In this document: positions 43,070 to 54,177 of the stretch, one piece after another
Layout of the letters: each line of letters begins with the position of its first letter
How positions within the stretch are numbered: position 1 is the first letter of the stretch
Program-made: the position numbers and the translations under genes
The notes under the pieces: model-generated
Seen by the model: only the letters and a program-made list of their open reading frames with translations
What the model was told of the DNA's origin: nothing
Databases searched by the model: none
Source: Tetramitus jugosus
Taxonomy: Eukaryota; Protista; Heterolobosea
Assembly: GCA_937625935.1 (NCBI GenBank)
Contig: OW569374.1
Location: 310,001 to 374,000 of the forward strand
Reading direction: 5' to 3'
Length of the DNA stretch: 64,000 nucleotides

Positions 43070-44278
43070 TTAATAGTTGATAGAAGCTGTTCCTCCAATG
43101 CTATCAGTGTACTGATAACCCTTTGATGAAATTTGAGGATTGTACCACATGTCAGGGACACTAGAGTGAATGTTTCCAAAAGCTACAACCTTAATGGTAG
43201 TTGGGAGTGCGCCATTGTTTGTGTCAGCAACAAAGAACTTCCATTTGACAACACGAGTCTCACCAGGAGCAAGAGGTCCAATGTCCAGGGTAAGATTGTC
43301 CTTTGAAGAAAAGTAGTATGGCACTTCAGCTCTAACCTTGGTATCTTCAGCAACGAGCTTGCTGTCATAGAAAGGCTTAAATACGGTATAGGTAATAGAA
43401 GCCGTGAGAATGATATTGGCACCGTGTGCAGTGCTGTTGACTGCCTCAGGATCCAAATGATGTTCAAGCTTAATGTCCCATGGATAAATGACAGCTGCAA
43501 AATAAGGTGCAAATGTCTCTCTATCGTTTGCCAAGGTCATGTGTTGATATTGCACTTGCTTTCTAGCTGCGACAGCAGATCTGAATGCACCCTTGACAGG
43601 TTCACGATAATTCCACAAGTTACAGAATCTCTGCTTGGAGAACTTTTGAATTCTTTCGTTTCCACTTCTGTCCCATGGGTCCAACAAGTGCAACACAACC
43701 TCTCCATTGACTTGTTCATAACCAACAGTCACTCTGTAGTGACCTCCCTTGTCAGTCTCAGAGAATGCCATCAAGACAATAACTGGAACACCAGCGTCCA
43801 AAATTGGCAACAAATGATCGACATAGCATCCATCGGATTCACTTCTGTAACCGAATGCAGCATAACCAAACACTCTTTGATCCCAACCGTGACGTGGAGC
43901 AACATCAGGGAACAACACCAAGTATTGTTCAGGAGTGGCACTCATGATAGAGAAGTGACCACCACGAACAATATCATAGGACTGGGTACCAGAAATGTTA
44001 CTAGTTCTCAAGACGTCCATAACAGCCAATTGATTGATATCTGAGCCATAGTGATGCATCACCATTTCGAAGCTCGCGTCTCCGCAAGCAAAATCCGTTT
44101 GTTGTCTTTGCGAAAAAAATTGTAAATGTCAGACATTCTCCGTCAAAAAAAAACAAGCACAAACAAAATGTTATCCTTGTGCTTACCTGTGGTATGGCAT
44201 GTTTGGGACCATGGCGGCCTGAGTGAAAATGCTGAGCAATAGCACGAGCAATGCAATGGAAAGAGCTTGGGGCACCAT
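43070..44278 (-). CDS. Secreted C39-like cysteine peptidase with C-terminal beta-sandwich, 2 exons (44278-44187, 44105-43070)
   Basis: Signal peptide MVPQALSIALLVLLLSIFTQA. Splicing (intron 44186-44106) creates MPYHRQQTDFACG (Gln..Cys); also GVPVIVL, GGHYRVTVGY (His), LLDPW (Asp); C-terminal IGPLAPGETRVVKW. Confidence 0.82.
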
Positions 44279-44947
44279 TCTCTTGATAATTAAGTTATTG
44301 ATACTGATTTGTTTGGGTTTGTTTGTTTGTTTGTTGGACCAGAAAATCTTGAAGCAACAATGCTCTTGGCATTAAAAACGCTGAGACTTTCCAAAACAAT
44401 TCCCAAAACAAAATGCGCCTCTCGAACATCTTGCATTACTCCGAACGGAGGGGTCCACAAAAGGAAGGGGGAGACATTGCACTGGCCCAACAAGAGTGAA
44501 ATAAAGTAGAAGGCCAGAGAATGACTTGGAGATCTATGCGGGAAGTCTGGGATCCTTAGATACTTGTTGCGTGCGTGTGTCCGTTGTATACTGGTTATCC
44601 ATGGTTTACAGAGATATCTGTTCAGTCGACTTCAACACGAAGACATTTGTCTTTTTCTCACGAAGGACATATCTGGTAGATCTCACTTCCAAGGAATTGA
44701 CCCATAGAGAATTTCTCAACCGTACATAAGCAGAGCGCGATAGGAGTTGGAGTCCTCATTCCCTCCAAAGATTAGACAAGGAAAAAATTCCAGGATGAAC
44801 TGTCTGTTGTAGTGGCTGCACCAGGTTCCCAACACAGAATCTCGTTTTTTTCCTTTTGGCCGCCTCCACCATCTGATTCTTCTTGAACACCTCAAAAAAA
44901 CAACTTAAAGCTGAAAAACATTCTCTCTTCAACTTACCGAGATACAA

Positions 44948-45979
44948 ATGAGTTCCTCATCCAAAATCAATATTCGATCTGCAGAGCACGCTGGTAGTTG
45001 GTACCCTTCCAATCCATCCCAACTGAACACTCAGCTTGACTCATTCTTCGACAAGGTTAAGTACAGAAACAACAAGAAACAAAAAGCAAAACCTAGAAGT
45101 GGAGATAGTGATAGTTCTGATGAGGATGATTGTTCGTCAACAGGTGAGAATGGTAGTCGAGAACAACAAGTAGGAAAAATTAGAGCTATTATTGGACCTC
45201 ATGCTGGTTATCGCTACTGCGGACAAACAAGTGCTCATGCCTATTATGATGTTCAGGCAAAGAGGGATCAGTATAGTGAGATCAAGACTGTGTTTGTCAT
45301 TGGTCCTTCGCATCACCTGTACATGAACAATCAGTGTGGATTGAGTCAGGCTACTGCTGTAGATACTCCGATTGGTCAACTCAAGGTCAACCGAAAATTG
45401 ATTGATGAATTGTATGCAAAGTACGGTTCCAATGGAAATGCACTGTTTACAATGACTAAGGACATGGAAGATGAGGAAGAAGAGCATTCACTAGAGTTAC
45501 ACTTTCCATTTATTGCCAAAGTGTTCGATGCCAAGAAGATTGACATTGTTCCCATTATTGTCGGTCATTTACAATCGGAAACAGCGACTCGCTTGGGTCA
45601 AATCTTGAGCCCTTACCTGGATGATCCATCCTGCTTCTTTGTCATCAGTTCTGACTTTTGTCACTGGGGCACGAGATTCAACTACACGTACTATGATGAA
45701 TCAAAGGGTGAAATATGGGAGAGCATCAAATCATTGGATCTATTGGGTGCAGCTTACATTTGTAACAAGAACACAACGGGCTTTGAGGAATACTTGAAAA
45801 AGTTCAAGAACACAATCTGTGGAAGGCATGCCATACTCATGTTGATGAATGCCATGAGTCAATCATCAAAGGCCGATCAATTCGAAGTCAACTTGTGTCA
45901 CTATAGTCAATCGAGTCATGCCATGAAATCCAATGACAGTTCCGTAAGCTATGCCAGTTTCACAATCGTTCAAAAGTAA
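44948..45979 (+). CDS. MEMO1: MEMO1 family protein
   Basis: HAGSWY, PHAGY, GPSHH, EHSLELH, SSDFCHWG, NTICGRH, DSSVSYAS. Confidence 0.96.
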   Translation: MSSSSKINIRSAEHAGSWYPSNPSQLNTQLDSFFDKVKYRNNKKQKAKPRSGDSDSSDEDDCSSTGENGSREQQVGKIRAIIGPHAGYRYCGQTSAHAYYDVQAKRDQYSEIKTVFVIGPSHHLYMNNQCGLSQATAVDTPIGQLKVNRKLIDELYAKYGSNGNALFTMTKDMEDEEEEHSLELHFPFIAKVFDAKKIDIVPIIVGHLQSETATRLGQILSPYLDDPSCFFVISSDFCHWGTRFNYTYYDESKGEIWESIKSLDLLGAAYICNKNTTGFEEYLKKFKNTICGRHAILMLMNAMSQSSKADQFEVNLCHYSQSSHAMKSNDSSVSYASFTIVQK

Positions 45980-46081
45980 TTTGATCTGTTGAACAGACCA
46001 TTGAGAATGTAAATAATAAAAATGTGCATGTCATCTTTCTCTCTTTGACTGGTGCATGACCTGGCCAATCAGGTTCCAACT

Positions 46082-46093
46082 GGGGTTAACCCC
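46082..46093. promoter_or_regulatory. Perfect 12-bp palindrome GGGGTTAACCCC upstream of the phosphatase gene
   Basis: Seen directly, about 150 bp upstream of ATG 46242. Function inferred. Confidence 0.3.
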
Positions 46094-46241
46094 GATGTTC
46101 ACAATCAGATGAATCTTGCGAGCAGGGAGGAGCAATGTCTGTCTCTCCGAAGACATTTTGTCATTTTGCCACACCAACCAAACAAAACAGAACACAAATT
46201 CGATACATCGCTGTGTTTGTGTGCTCGAAAAAAAACTAATT

Positions 46242-47615
46242 ATGAGCGTGAATCCAACATTGTTTGCTTTTCTAGTGACGCTATGCCTTTTGTTGGTAGG
46301 CTTGTGCATCTCCGCTTCCAACTATGACGCTCACAACATACGTGTTTCCAAATCCACCAATCAACTTTTCATCTCTTGGACCACAAAGGATTACAACGAA
46401 CAGGAGTATCTCCCAACGGTTTGGCAGTCTAAAAACTCCGATTTTTCTCACTACAGCCAAAATGCAAATGTCCAGCCTCCCATCACCAAAGCTTATCACA
46501 ATGAATCAGGGTATACACACACGGTAGTTTTGGATCAGAGCTTAGAGAAACTTGCGGCAAGCTCTCTGTACTATTATTACAAGGTTGGTAATTCCAAGAC
46601 CAAGCTGATGACTGATCAGTTGTATCAAGTCAGAGTAAGCTTGAGCAACAAGGTCCTCATGTATGGAGATATGGGTATTTTCCGTAGCTCTCACACGATC
46701 CAATCTTCCTACAATCGTCTCAAGAATGAACAAGACATCTCAATGGTGTATCATCTAGGTGATATTAGCTATGCAGATGACTTCCCTGGTAGTTTGTTCG
46801 ATGGTTTGTTTACTCATTGGCTTGGTTTAGTTGAAGGAATCACATCCTTTGTCCCCTACCAAGTTTTGCCCGGAAATCATGATGCTGGATGCAAGATTCC
46901 TCTTTGTCATCCCTGGAAACAGGACTTTCGACCATTCAATATGTTGTTTACTATGCCTTCTTATTTCCAAACAAAGCATAACATGTTTTATAGCTTTGAT
47001 CATGGTCAAATCCATTTTGTTTCCATCAGCACAGAAACAGATTATCCAAACGCTCCATTCCATCAAGTGTTTGGTGATCAGATGACATGGCTCAAGAAGG
47101 ATCTTCAAAATGCTGTTGCGAACCGCAAACAAGTTCCATGGATTGTCGTTGTGGGTCACAGACCAATCTATAGCTCCATGTCTGGTTACTCATCCAACGG
47201 AAAGCCAATCACCGAGTCCCTCGTGTTGCAAAACACTCTGGAACAACTGTTCAAGGATCACCATGTCGACTTGTACATGATGGGTCACGTTCACTCTTAT
47301 GAACGATTCCATCCAGTGTACAATAACACAGCCAAGTGTGACTCTGTGTGTACCAACACCACAAACACCTATCACAATCCAGAGTATCCTGTTCATATTG
47401 TGAACGGTGCAGGTGGATGCGAAGAGGGATTGTCTCCTGGTTTCAAGTACCATCACATCTTGCCTTCTTCTGCCAAGGTATTCTACGAGGATTACGGCTA
47501 TGGAGTTTTGGACACAACCAAGCAACACAATAGCTTGGTGTTGAACTGGAAGTTCTTTGCGGCAACAAAGGACGAACTCGTGGATGAAATGACCATTATC
47601 AAGTCAAGCCATTGA
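46242..47615 (+). CDS. Secreted purple acid phosphatase (ACP7-like)
   Basis: Signal peptide, FN3-like N-domain, and metal-ligand motifs GDMG, GDISY, GNHD, GHRP, GHVHSYER. Confidence 0.93.
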   Translation: MSVNPTLFAFLVTLCLLLVGLCISASNYDAHNIRVSKSTNQLFISWTTKDYNEQEYLPTVWQSKNSDFSHYSQNANVQPPITKAYHNESGYTHTVVLDQSLEKLAASSLYYYYKVGNSKTKLMTDQLYQVRVSLSNKVLMYGDMGIFRSSHTIQSSYNRLKNEQDISMVYHLGDISYADDFPGSLFDGLFTHWLGLVEGITSFVPYQVLPGNHDAGCKIPLCHPWKQDFRPFNMLFTMPSYFQTKHNMFYSFDHGQIHFVSISTETDYPNAPFHQVFGDQMTWLKKDLQNAVANRKQVPWIVVVGHRPIYSSMSGYSSNGKPITESLVLQNTLEQLFKDHHVDLYMMGHVHSYERFHPVYNNTAKCDSVCTNTTNTYHNPEYPVHIVNGAGGCEEGLSPGFKYHHILPSSAKVFYEDYGYGVLDTTKQHNSLVLNWKFFAATKDELVDEMTIIKSSH

Positions 47616-47748
47616 AAGGATAATCGGATTCTCAAAGTCATAAAAAACCGATAGCTTGCATTTTTGAACAAAAAAAATTCCGCAAACAACCAAAACACAG
47701 AGAGATCGACTCACCCCTTTCGTCATTATCTATTACAAGAGAAATAGA

Positions 47749-50586
47749 ATGTTGTTGCGATCTTTGCGCAATTCTCAGATGCACCACTCAAGAGTCGCGC
47801 GCACACTTCACACAGCTCTTCTACCAGTCAAGTTGACAAACTCTGTACGATTGAATGATCACCATCGTCGTTTTTTGATGATGAAAACCACAAGTTCAAT
47901 CAATGCATTCGGAACAAGGAAATCTGAAATTAAGAGGGAAGAAGATGAAGAAGATGATGAAGATGTACCCTTCTATGAAACTGGATTTCAATCCATTTTC
48001 TCTTCTACGACGGATGAAGATTCCCCGGGCTCTATGGAAGATTTATTGAGTGAGATCCCTGAGACAAAGGATCAACAACCATTTGGTATTGTAATGCCGA
48101 ACAAGGAGATTGACTTGGACAATCTGATTTTGAAGCGAATCTCTTCTGGAATTTTGAAGAATGTTCCCGCGCTATTGATGCTTCTGCGGTCCGTTCCCAT
48201 TCCACAAGTACCAAGTGATTTTGTGTTGAATGAAATTTTCATGCATTACATGTTTTCTCAGAACGAGTCAGCGATGAAATTGGTGTTGCTGCACTTGAAT
48301 CGTTATGTGGGTGAAGAAAACATTGCTCTACGTTTTAAGAACTTGTATTTGAAAACATTGATTGACTGTAATTTTGAAACCGAGGCAATCAAGGTGTTTC
48401 AAGCAATGAGACAGAGATGGTCCACTCAGGATTTGTTGAAATCTGGTGGCGATGTTGGAGTTGTTGACACAAGGTCACTCAAGAAGAAGAAGAAGACCAC
48501 CCTCGCCAAAAATGAAGAACAAGGAAGCAGCGAGGTGGATAATGTGAAGGACAGTGTGTATCATGATACTATTGCTTCCACGAACTTGAACTTTGTGACC
48601 TTTGCGATCATGATTCGAAACACGAGTCGCCAAATCTTTCCAACGATCAAGTGTGAGATTTTTGATGGGATGATAAGAAATAGGTATCATGATTTCTCAC
48701 CTACCGCCTACTCTTATCTCTATAATTGCATGTTGGAGAAGATGGTCAGATTGCGAAAGTACAATGATGCGATTCAATTGTTTTCTGAGATGACACAAAA
48801 TGGAATATCCGATGAATATTTGACGAATTCAAGTGATGAGAATAATATAACAATGACACAGCCTGGACCGAAGCCACCACTTCCCAATTTAATTTCATTT
48901 TGCATCTTGATGAAAGCATTTTGGAGTGTGAGAGATTTACAACGTGCAAACGATTTATATATGAAGATTCACCAGCAGATTGGAGAGGATCGAGAGGGGG
49001 TCGAACAAGAGATTCGCAATTACCATGGTTCCATTGAAGGTGTTCAGAATATTGATGATTATACGTATGGAAGCCTAATAACGAACGTTGAGAGTATATA
49101 TGAGATTACATGTGAAGGTTTATCACCATCCGTGAAAAGGATGAAAGATGTTGTGAAGCAAATGATGGAGAATGGCTACAAACCTACCATTAAAATGTAT
49201 AATGACATTATGCATGCAGAAATTATCAAGTATAGAAAAAAGAGTCCAAAGGAGAGGCAGCTTTTGGAGCAGAAAGCTCAAGCGGCTCGTGTCACTCAAC
49301 AGAAAGATGGAGAGGCTGAGAACACATCCCTCAACTCCCTGTACACTCCTGCTCCAAAAGTTTTTAATTATGGATTTGAGAATAATCCGGATGAATCATT
49401 GTTGATATCACCCAGTCATTCCATGGCAATAGACATCGTTGATGCGGTGTTGATGGTGTGTAAGGAAATGTACGACGAGCACGCATTATTACCAGATGGG
49501 TATTCGATGAGGAACTTGATGGAGGCATTTTGTCTAACGGGACAGCCAGAACAAGCCTACAAGGTGATGATTAATACATTGAAGAGGAGTCGTGTGCCTA
49601 AAGCGATGATGGCTCGATTATACTCTGTTCTTATACGTTACTATTCAAATAATGATCCTGATCGCGCACTTGAACTCATTGAGGAGATGAGTCAGTCGAC
49701 GATTGTTGTGGGTGAGACTCTTCGAGAGGATGACCATGGAAATATCCAATCAGTTGCTATTGAACAAGGAAAAGCTGTGTTTATTGCCGGTGTAGAGGAG
49801 ATGAACTCTATTCTGAGAGTATATTGCAATCGAAATCAATTGAATAAGGCACTTGAGATACTTCAACAAATGACAGAGAAGTATGCAATTGTTCCTGATA
49901 AATATACAAAGATGATCTTGGCAGCTGGTTATATGAGTAGTAGATTGCCTTACAAAGCAGTTGATTTACTGTCAGATGTGTTTGAGGAAGACACCGGATT
50001 GCGTTTGGATATTTATGCAGCCTCAGGGTTATACTTTAACGTCAAGAAGAGGAAAAAGGACAAAGTGAACGTACTATTGAATCAAATCTTGCAGACTTAC
50101 ATTAGAAGAAGAGATTTAGCCAATGCTGAATACATGATTTATCAAGGAATGCCCAACAGTCAATTGATGGGAGGCTTCATACCAGACACAACATCCGTCA
50201 ACAGCTTTATGGAGCTGCTCATTGCCACCGGTCGTTTAAATTCAGCAATCAACGTGTTTAAAACCATGTTCCGGTCTCCGCTCGATTCGGGAAGCGAACA
50301 ACAACAATCTTCACATCTACTAACTCCTAATGACACGACAATTACTATCATAATCAATGCCTATGCAATCTCGGATTATATTGAACGGGCCGAAGATCTC
50401 TTCGAGAAAGTTCAAAACGGTTCTCTGGCATCCCTGGGCGTACCTAAAGTTACAACAGGCATGTACAACTCTCTTATTGCAGGATACGAAAGAATGGGTG
50501 ATGTGCGAGGTGTGCGCGTGTGGACAGAAAAGTTCAAGTTGTTCCAAACAAGTCAAACCAAGACTGATCAGAGGATATCGAGCTGA
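47749..50586 (+). CDS. Mitochondrially targeted P-type pentatricopeptide-repeat protein
   Basis: Arg-rich presequence; PPR units YNCML..AIQLFSEM, PNLISFCILM, PTIKMYNDIM, PDGYSMRNLMEAFC, PDTTSVNSFM, MYNSLIAGY. No DYW end. Confidence 0.85.
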   Translation: MLLRSLRNSQMHHSRVARTLHTALLPVKLTNSVRLNDHHRRFLMMKTTSSINAFGTRKSEIKREEDEEDDEDVPFYETGFQSIFSSTTDEDSPGSMEDLLSEIPETKDQQPFGIVMPNKEIDLDNLILKRISSGILKNVPALLMLLRSVPIPQVPSDFVLNEIFMHYMFSQNESAMKLVLLHLNRYVGEENIALRFKNLYLKTLIDCNFETEAIKVFQAMRQRWSTQDLLKSGGDVGVVDTRSLKKKKKTTLAKNEEQGSSEVDNVKDSVYHDTIASTNLNFVTFAIMIRNTSRQIFPTIKCEIFDGMIRNRYHDFSPTAYSYLYNCMLEKMVRLRKYNDAIQLFSEMTQNGISDEYLTNSSDENNITMTQPGPKPPLPNLISFCILMKAFWSVRDLQRANDLYMKIHQQIGEDREGVEQEIRNYHGSIEGVQNIDDYTYGSLITNVESIYEITCEGLSPSVKRMKDVVKQMMENGYKPTIKMYNDIMHAEIIKYRKKSPKERQLLEQKAQAARVTQQKDGEAENTSLNSLYTPAPKVFNYGFENNPDESLLISPSHSMAIDIVDAVLMVCKEMYDEHALLPDGYSMRNLMEAFCLTGQPEQAYKVMINTLKRSRVPKAMMARLYSVLIRYYSNNDPDRALELIEEMSQSTIVVGETLREDDHGNIQSVAIEQGKAVFIAGVEEMNSILRVYCNRNQLNKALEILQQMTEKYAIVPDKYTKMILAAGYMSSRLPYKAVDLLSDVFEEDTGLRLDIYAASGLYFNVKKRKKDKVNVLLNQILQTYIRRRDLANAEYMIYQGMPNSQLMGGFIPDTTSVNSFMELLIATGRLNSAINVFKTMFRSPLDSGSEQQQSSHLLTPNDTTITIIINAYAISDYIERAEDLFEKVQNGSLASLGVPKVTTGMYNSLIAGYERMGDVRGVRVWTEKFKLFQTSQTKTDQRISS

Positions 50587-50741
50587 AGTTGTCAGTCGAT
50601 TCAGGATCAAACCAAAAAGTTATTTATCAAGTTCGTACATTCAAGCAAGGAGGGAGGAGTGGTTGTTTTACAAAATTCACACAAAGTAAAGGGGAAATTG
50701 ATTTTGCTCCGATTTTCCGCAAATTGAACCAGAACAAAAAA

Positions 50742-52417
50742 ATGATCAAAGAAGCACTGATCAAGGAACTCGATTTTGTCATCTATGGCATTGAATGGAT
50801 CGATCAGCATCATGTTGTGATCGGAGGTGGTGGAGGTCACGGCATACCCAACAAATTGGTACGTGCGTTTTTAAAGAGGAAATTTTTTGCTTGAGACATT
50901 TTGGCGCGAAAAATGAGAGCATCTACTGTTTGGGTGAGAAGCGCTAACATTTCTTCTTCTTCTTTTTCTTCTCGCATTAGCTAATTTGTCGCATTGGTGC
51001 ACACGATAAATCATTGAATATTGTCAATGAATTGACCTTGAGTGGAGAGGATGTTGTGTGGAGTATGAGTTGTGCTCATGACAACAAGAACAAGAGGTAC
51101 ATTGTTTTTACCACTTTGTGTGACTTGATTTTGGTAAAGTACGACCCACACAGTTCGTTCAAGATGAAGATGTGTGATCGTGTTTCACTGTTCAGTGATT
51201 CAGAAGACAATGGAAAGAAGCCTGTGCGCATCTCTTTTGTTCCGCATGAAAATTCATTCATTGTTTTGACTTGTGACGACTCGAATGACTTGTTGCTGTT
51301 TTCTGTGACTGAGAATGAAAAGTTGATGCTTGGTACGACATTGCTCTCCAATGTTCAGAACAGTAAGGAGCATGCTCAAGCTACTAAAACAACTACCGCC
51401 AAGAAGCAGCAAAAGCAGAAGAAGAATATCAAGGGAAACAAGGACAGTACCGCAGCTGCCACTACTCCATCAGAAGAAGAGGCCAAGGTTGAAAAGGAAG
51501 AGAAAACTCAAAAGAAAGAAGAGCAAGAAGCACAAGATGACAAAGTCGTCGTGCCAGATGCCAAGAGAATGAGAGATTTAGCAATGTCCATCAACGAAAA
51601 AGCCACCGAAGTATTTATTGCGGCAACTACAGAAGATAACATGGTAAAAGCCTGGAAAGTTAGTATCACTAAGAACAGCGACAATCATACCAGTAAGAGC
51701 AAGAAAGAAAAAAATAATAGCAATAGTAGCAACAGAGACATGACATTTGAGTACGAGTTGTTGAAACATTCTGCATCACATTTGAGTAAGGTTGCTGATG
51801 GAAAGCAGAGATTGAGAAATATTGCCTTTTCAAAGGTGAATCCCAACTTGTTCTATGCATTGCACACTTCTCGAATGGGTCAGCCTCATGTGACAGTTTA
51901 TGATATACGCGATGCAGGAAAGATTTATGCAATCAAGGTTCACAACAATGCTGCTACTGACTTTAGTGTCGGCAGTGTGTTTGTTGCGGAGGATAAAACA
52001 ATTGTGCTGAACACGACTCAAAAATCAGCGAATGATCGATTATTGGAAAGAGAATTTTTGAGTTTTGGAATCAAGAATGGTTTAGTAGTTCGCGAGGTTG
52101 TGTTTGATGAATCGAAAGAATCTGTGAATAGACTTGTCGCAGTGGGAGAATATTATGGAGCGCACACTGATCCGATCACATGTAACAATATATTATTGAC
52201 AACCGAGGATTTGATTGATGAAAAGGCAAGTAAGCGACCTATTTTGCGATTAGCAAGTGGAAGCATAGATAGGAGTGTTGGTTTCAGAGATACTCCTCTC
52301 AGATCTCCTTTTTCTCTGCAACTAATTATGTTCGCAATCGTATTACTGGTGTCAATGTTAGTTTTTGCCTTGAAGAGCATATTCATGCGAGAGCATATGT
52401 CTTCTATCGAGAACTAA
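50742..52417 (+). CDS. SEC12: Sec12/PREB-like WD40 Sar1 GEF, 2 exons (50742-50858, 50981-52417)
   Basis: K-loop VVIGGGGGHGIPNKL, degenerate WD40s, LASGSIDRSV, C-terminal TM. Intron 50859-50980 (GTACGT..GCTAAC..TAG). Confidence 0.75.
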
Positions 52418-52447
52418 GGGGAATTTATTACTCGAGTAAAGTACGCC

Positions 52448-53917
52448 TTATCGACATTCCCAAATTCTTATTTTTGTATCAACTCCTCCAGTTGCTATGA
52501 CCGGTCGTTGGCGACTCAATTTCATGCATGTTACAAAATGAGGATGAGCATCCTTAATATTTTTGATACAAAGGTCGGTCGACAGATCCCATATGCGCAT
52601 TGATCGATCATCAGAGCAAGAGATTGCATGAGTCATATTCGGAAGGATAAATGCTTCTTTGACCCAGCTGTCATGCCCCTTTAGAGTTGCAACAATTTCT
52701 GCTGTTTCGATGTTCCATACGTATATCATTTTATCTCTTCCTCCAGATATTAGATATTGTTTCCTTTTCGTTTCCTCGCTTCCATTCGCTGCCACACCGT
52801 CATCAGGAGAGTGTGACTTTTGGATCCGGTAATCAGTGTCATCCGAGAAATTGATACACTCCACAATGTGGGTGTGTTTTCGCAGGGTTTGAATACATTG
52901 TTGCGTGGTCAAGTTCCATATTCGAATATTCTGCGAATGAGATCGTAAAGTTAGTGAAGCTGACACCAGAGACTTGATCAAAGAATGATTAACATACATT
53001 GTCTGAATTGCAAGTTGCAAGCAAGGTACCATCGCTATTACAAACAACTCGTCTCACCCATCCTGGCTCTCTCATAGTTAACTTACAGAATCCTGTTTCT
53101 ATCTCCCAGATCTTAATTGTGTTATCTCGACTCACTGATACTATCTTGTCTCCCGTAGGCAAAAAACAAACGCTAGAAATATTATGCTCGTGGCCGGTTA
53201 GAACCTTGATCACTTCTCTGGTGTTCATATCCCAAAGTCTTATTGTTAAATCTGCGGAACATGATACTGTGAGGAATAATGGGGTGTTAGATGGGTGGAG
53301 TTGTTCTTCAAACACGTGAGCTACATACCCAAATATTTTCCTGTGGGATCAAACGCCACACTATTCACATTATTCGTGTGTCCTCGCAAAGATTTCTCCA
53401 TTAACCCACTTTCATAATCCCATATGATAATCGAAGCATCATCTGAAGCACTGGCCAATAGAGGAAAGTATGGGTGAAAGGCGAGACAAGTAATAGAATC
53501 CCTGTGTCCTGACAATTCAAATCGGTACGGCTCAACGGGTAATACGCTGTATCTCTCTCCTTTTTTAATCTTTTTGTGAATTTCACCAGTTTTATATTCA
53601 TTCAGTTCGTTTTGAAGTTGTTCCAACCTTGTTTCTAATTGCAAAATCTTTTGTTGTTGCCTTGAAAGCATGGTCCATTTTCTTTGTAAGAGATCTTCCT
53701 TTTCCTTCGAGTTCAAGTGTTCTCTGTCCAGTTCCTCCAAACAGTCTGATTCTTTCATCAATGAATCGCATGTGTTCACATACTTTTGGTTCCTACAGTA
53801 CTCATAGATGGCACATTCCCTGAAAAGGATGGTTCAAGTGAGCACAAGGAAGAATGATGAACAATTTAGAGCTGAAATAACATACAATTCAGTTTGTTTC
53901 TGTTTCATTAGGGACAT
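52448..53917 (-). CDS. PAFAH1B1: LIS1 (LisH + coiled coil + 7 WD40), 4 exons
   Basis: LLQRKWTMLSRQQQKILQLE, LSGHRDSITCLAFHP, IWDYESG, AHPHFVTC, IRIWECR*. Introns 53885-53820, 53328-53267, 52997-52931. Confidence 0.95.
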
Positions 53918-54177
53918 ATCGGAAGACTAAGAAGTAGATCCACTCAATAGATAAACAATGTCGATGTTCTTTTATCTCTAATCTTTCTCCGCCAATTTTG
54001 CTCCGTCATTTACGATAACAATTCGAACTCCAGCATTTCTCTGGCAACATTTGGCGCCTGTCAAAAAATCCATCGCCAATTTTTCATGTGGGAAAATAAA
54101 CTGTTTAGGGCTAAGAAACTAACAAAGATTTATTCCACTATCGCTCTCCAACAGAAATTTCAGACTTCATTTATTGT

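Noticed and set aside
47749-50586. PPR protein as a DYW-type RNA-editing factor
   Set aside because: No HxE/CxxC deaminase motif or DYW terminus; looks P-type.
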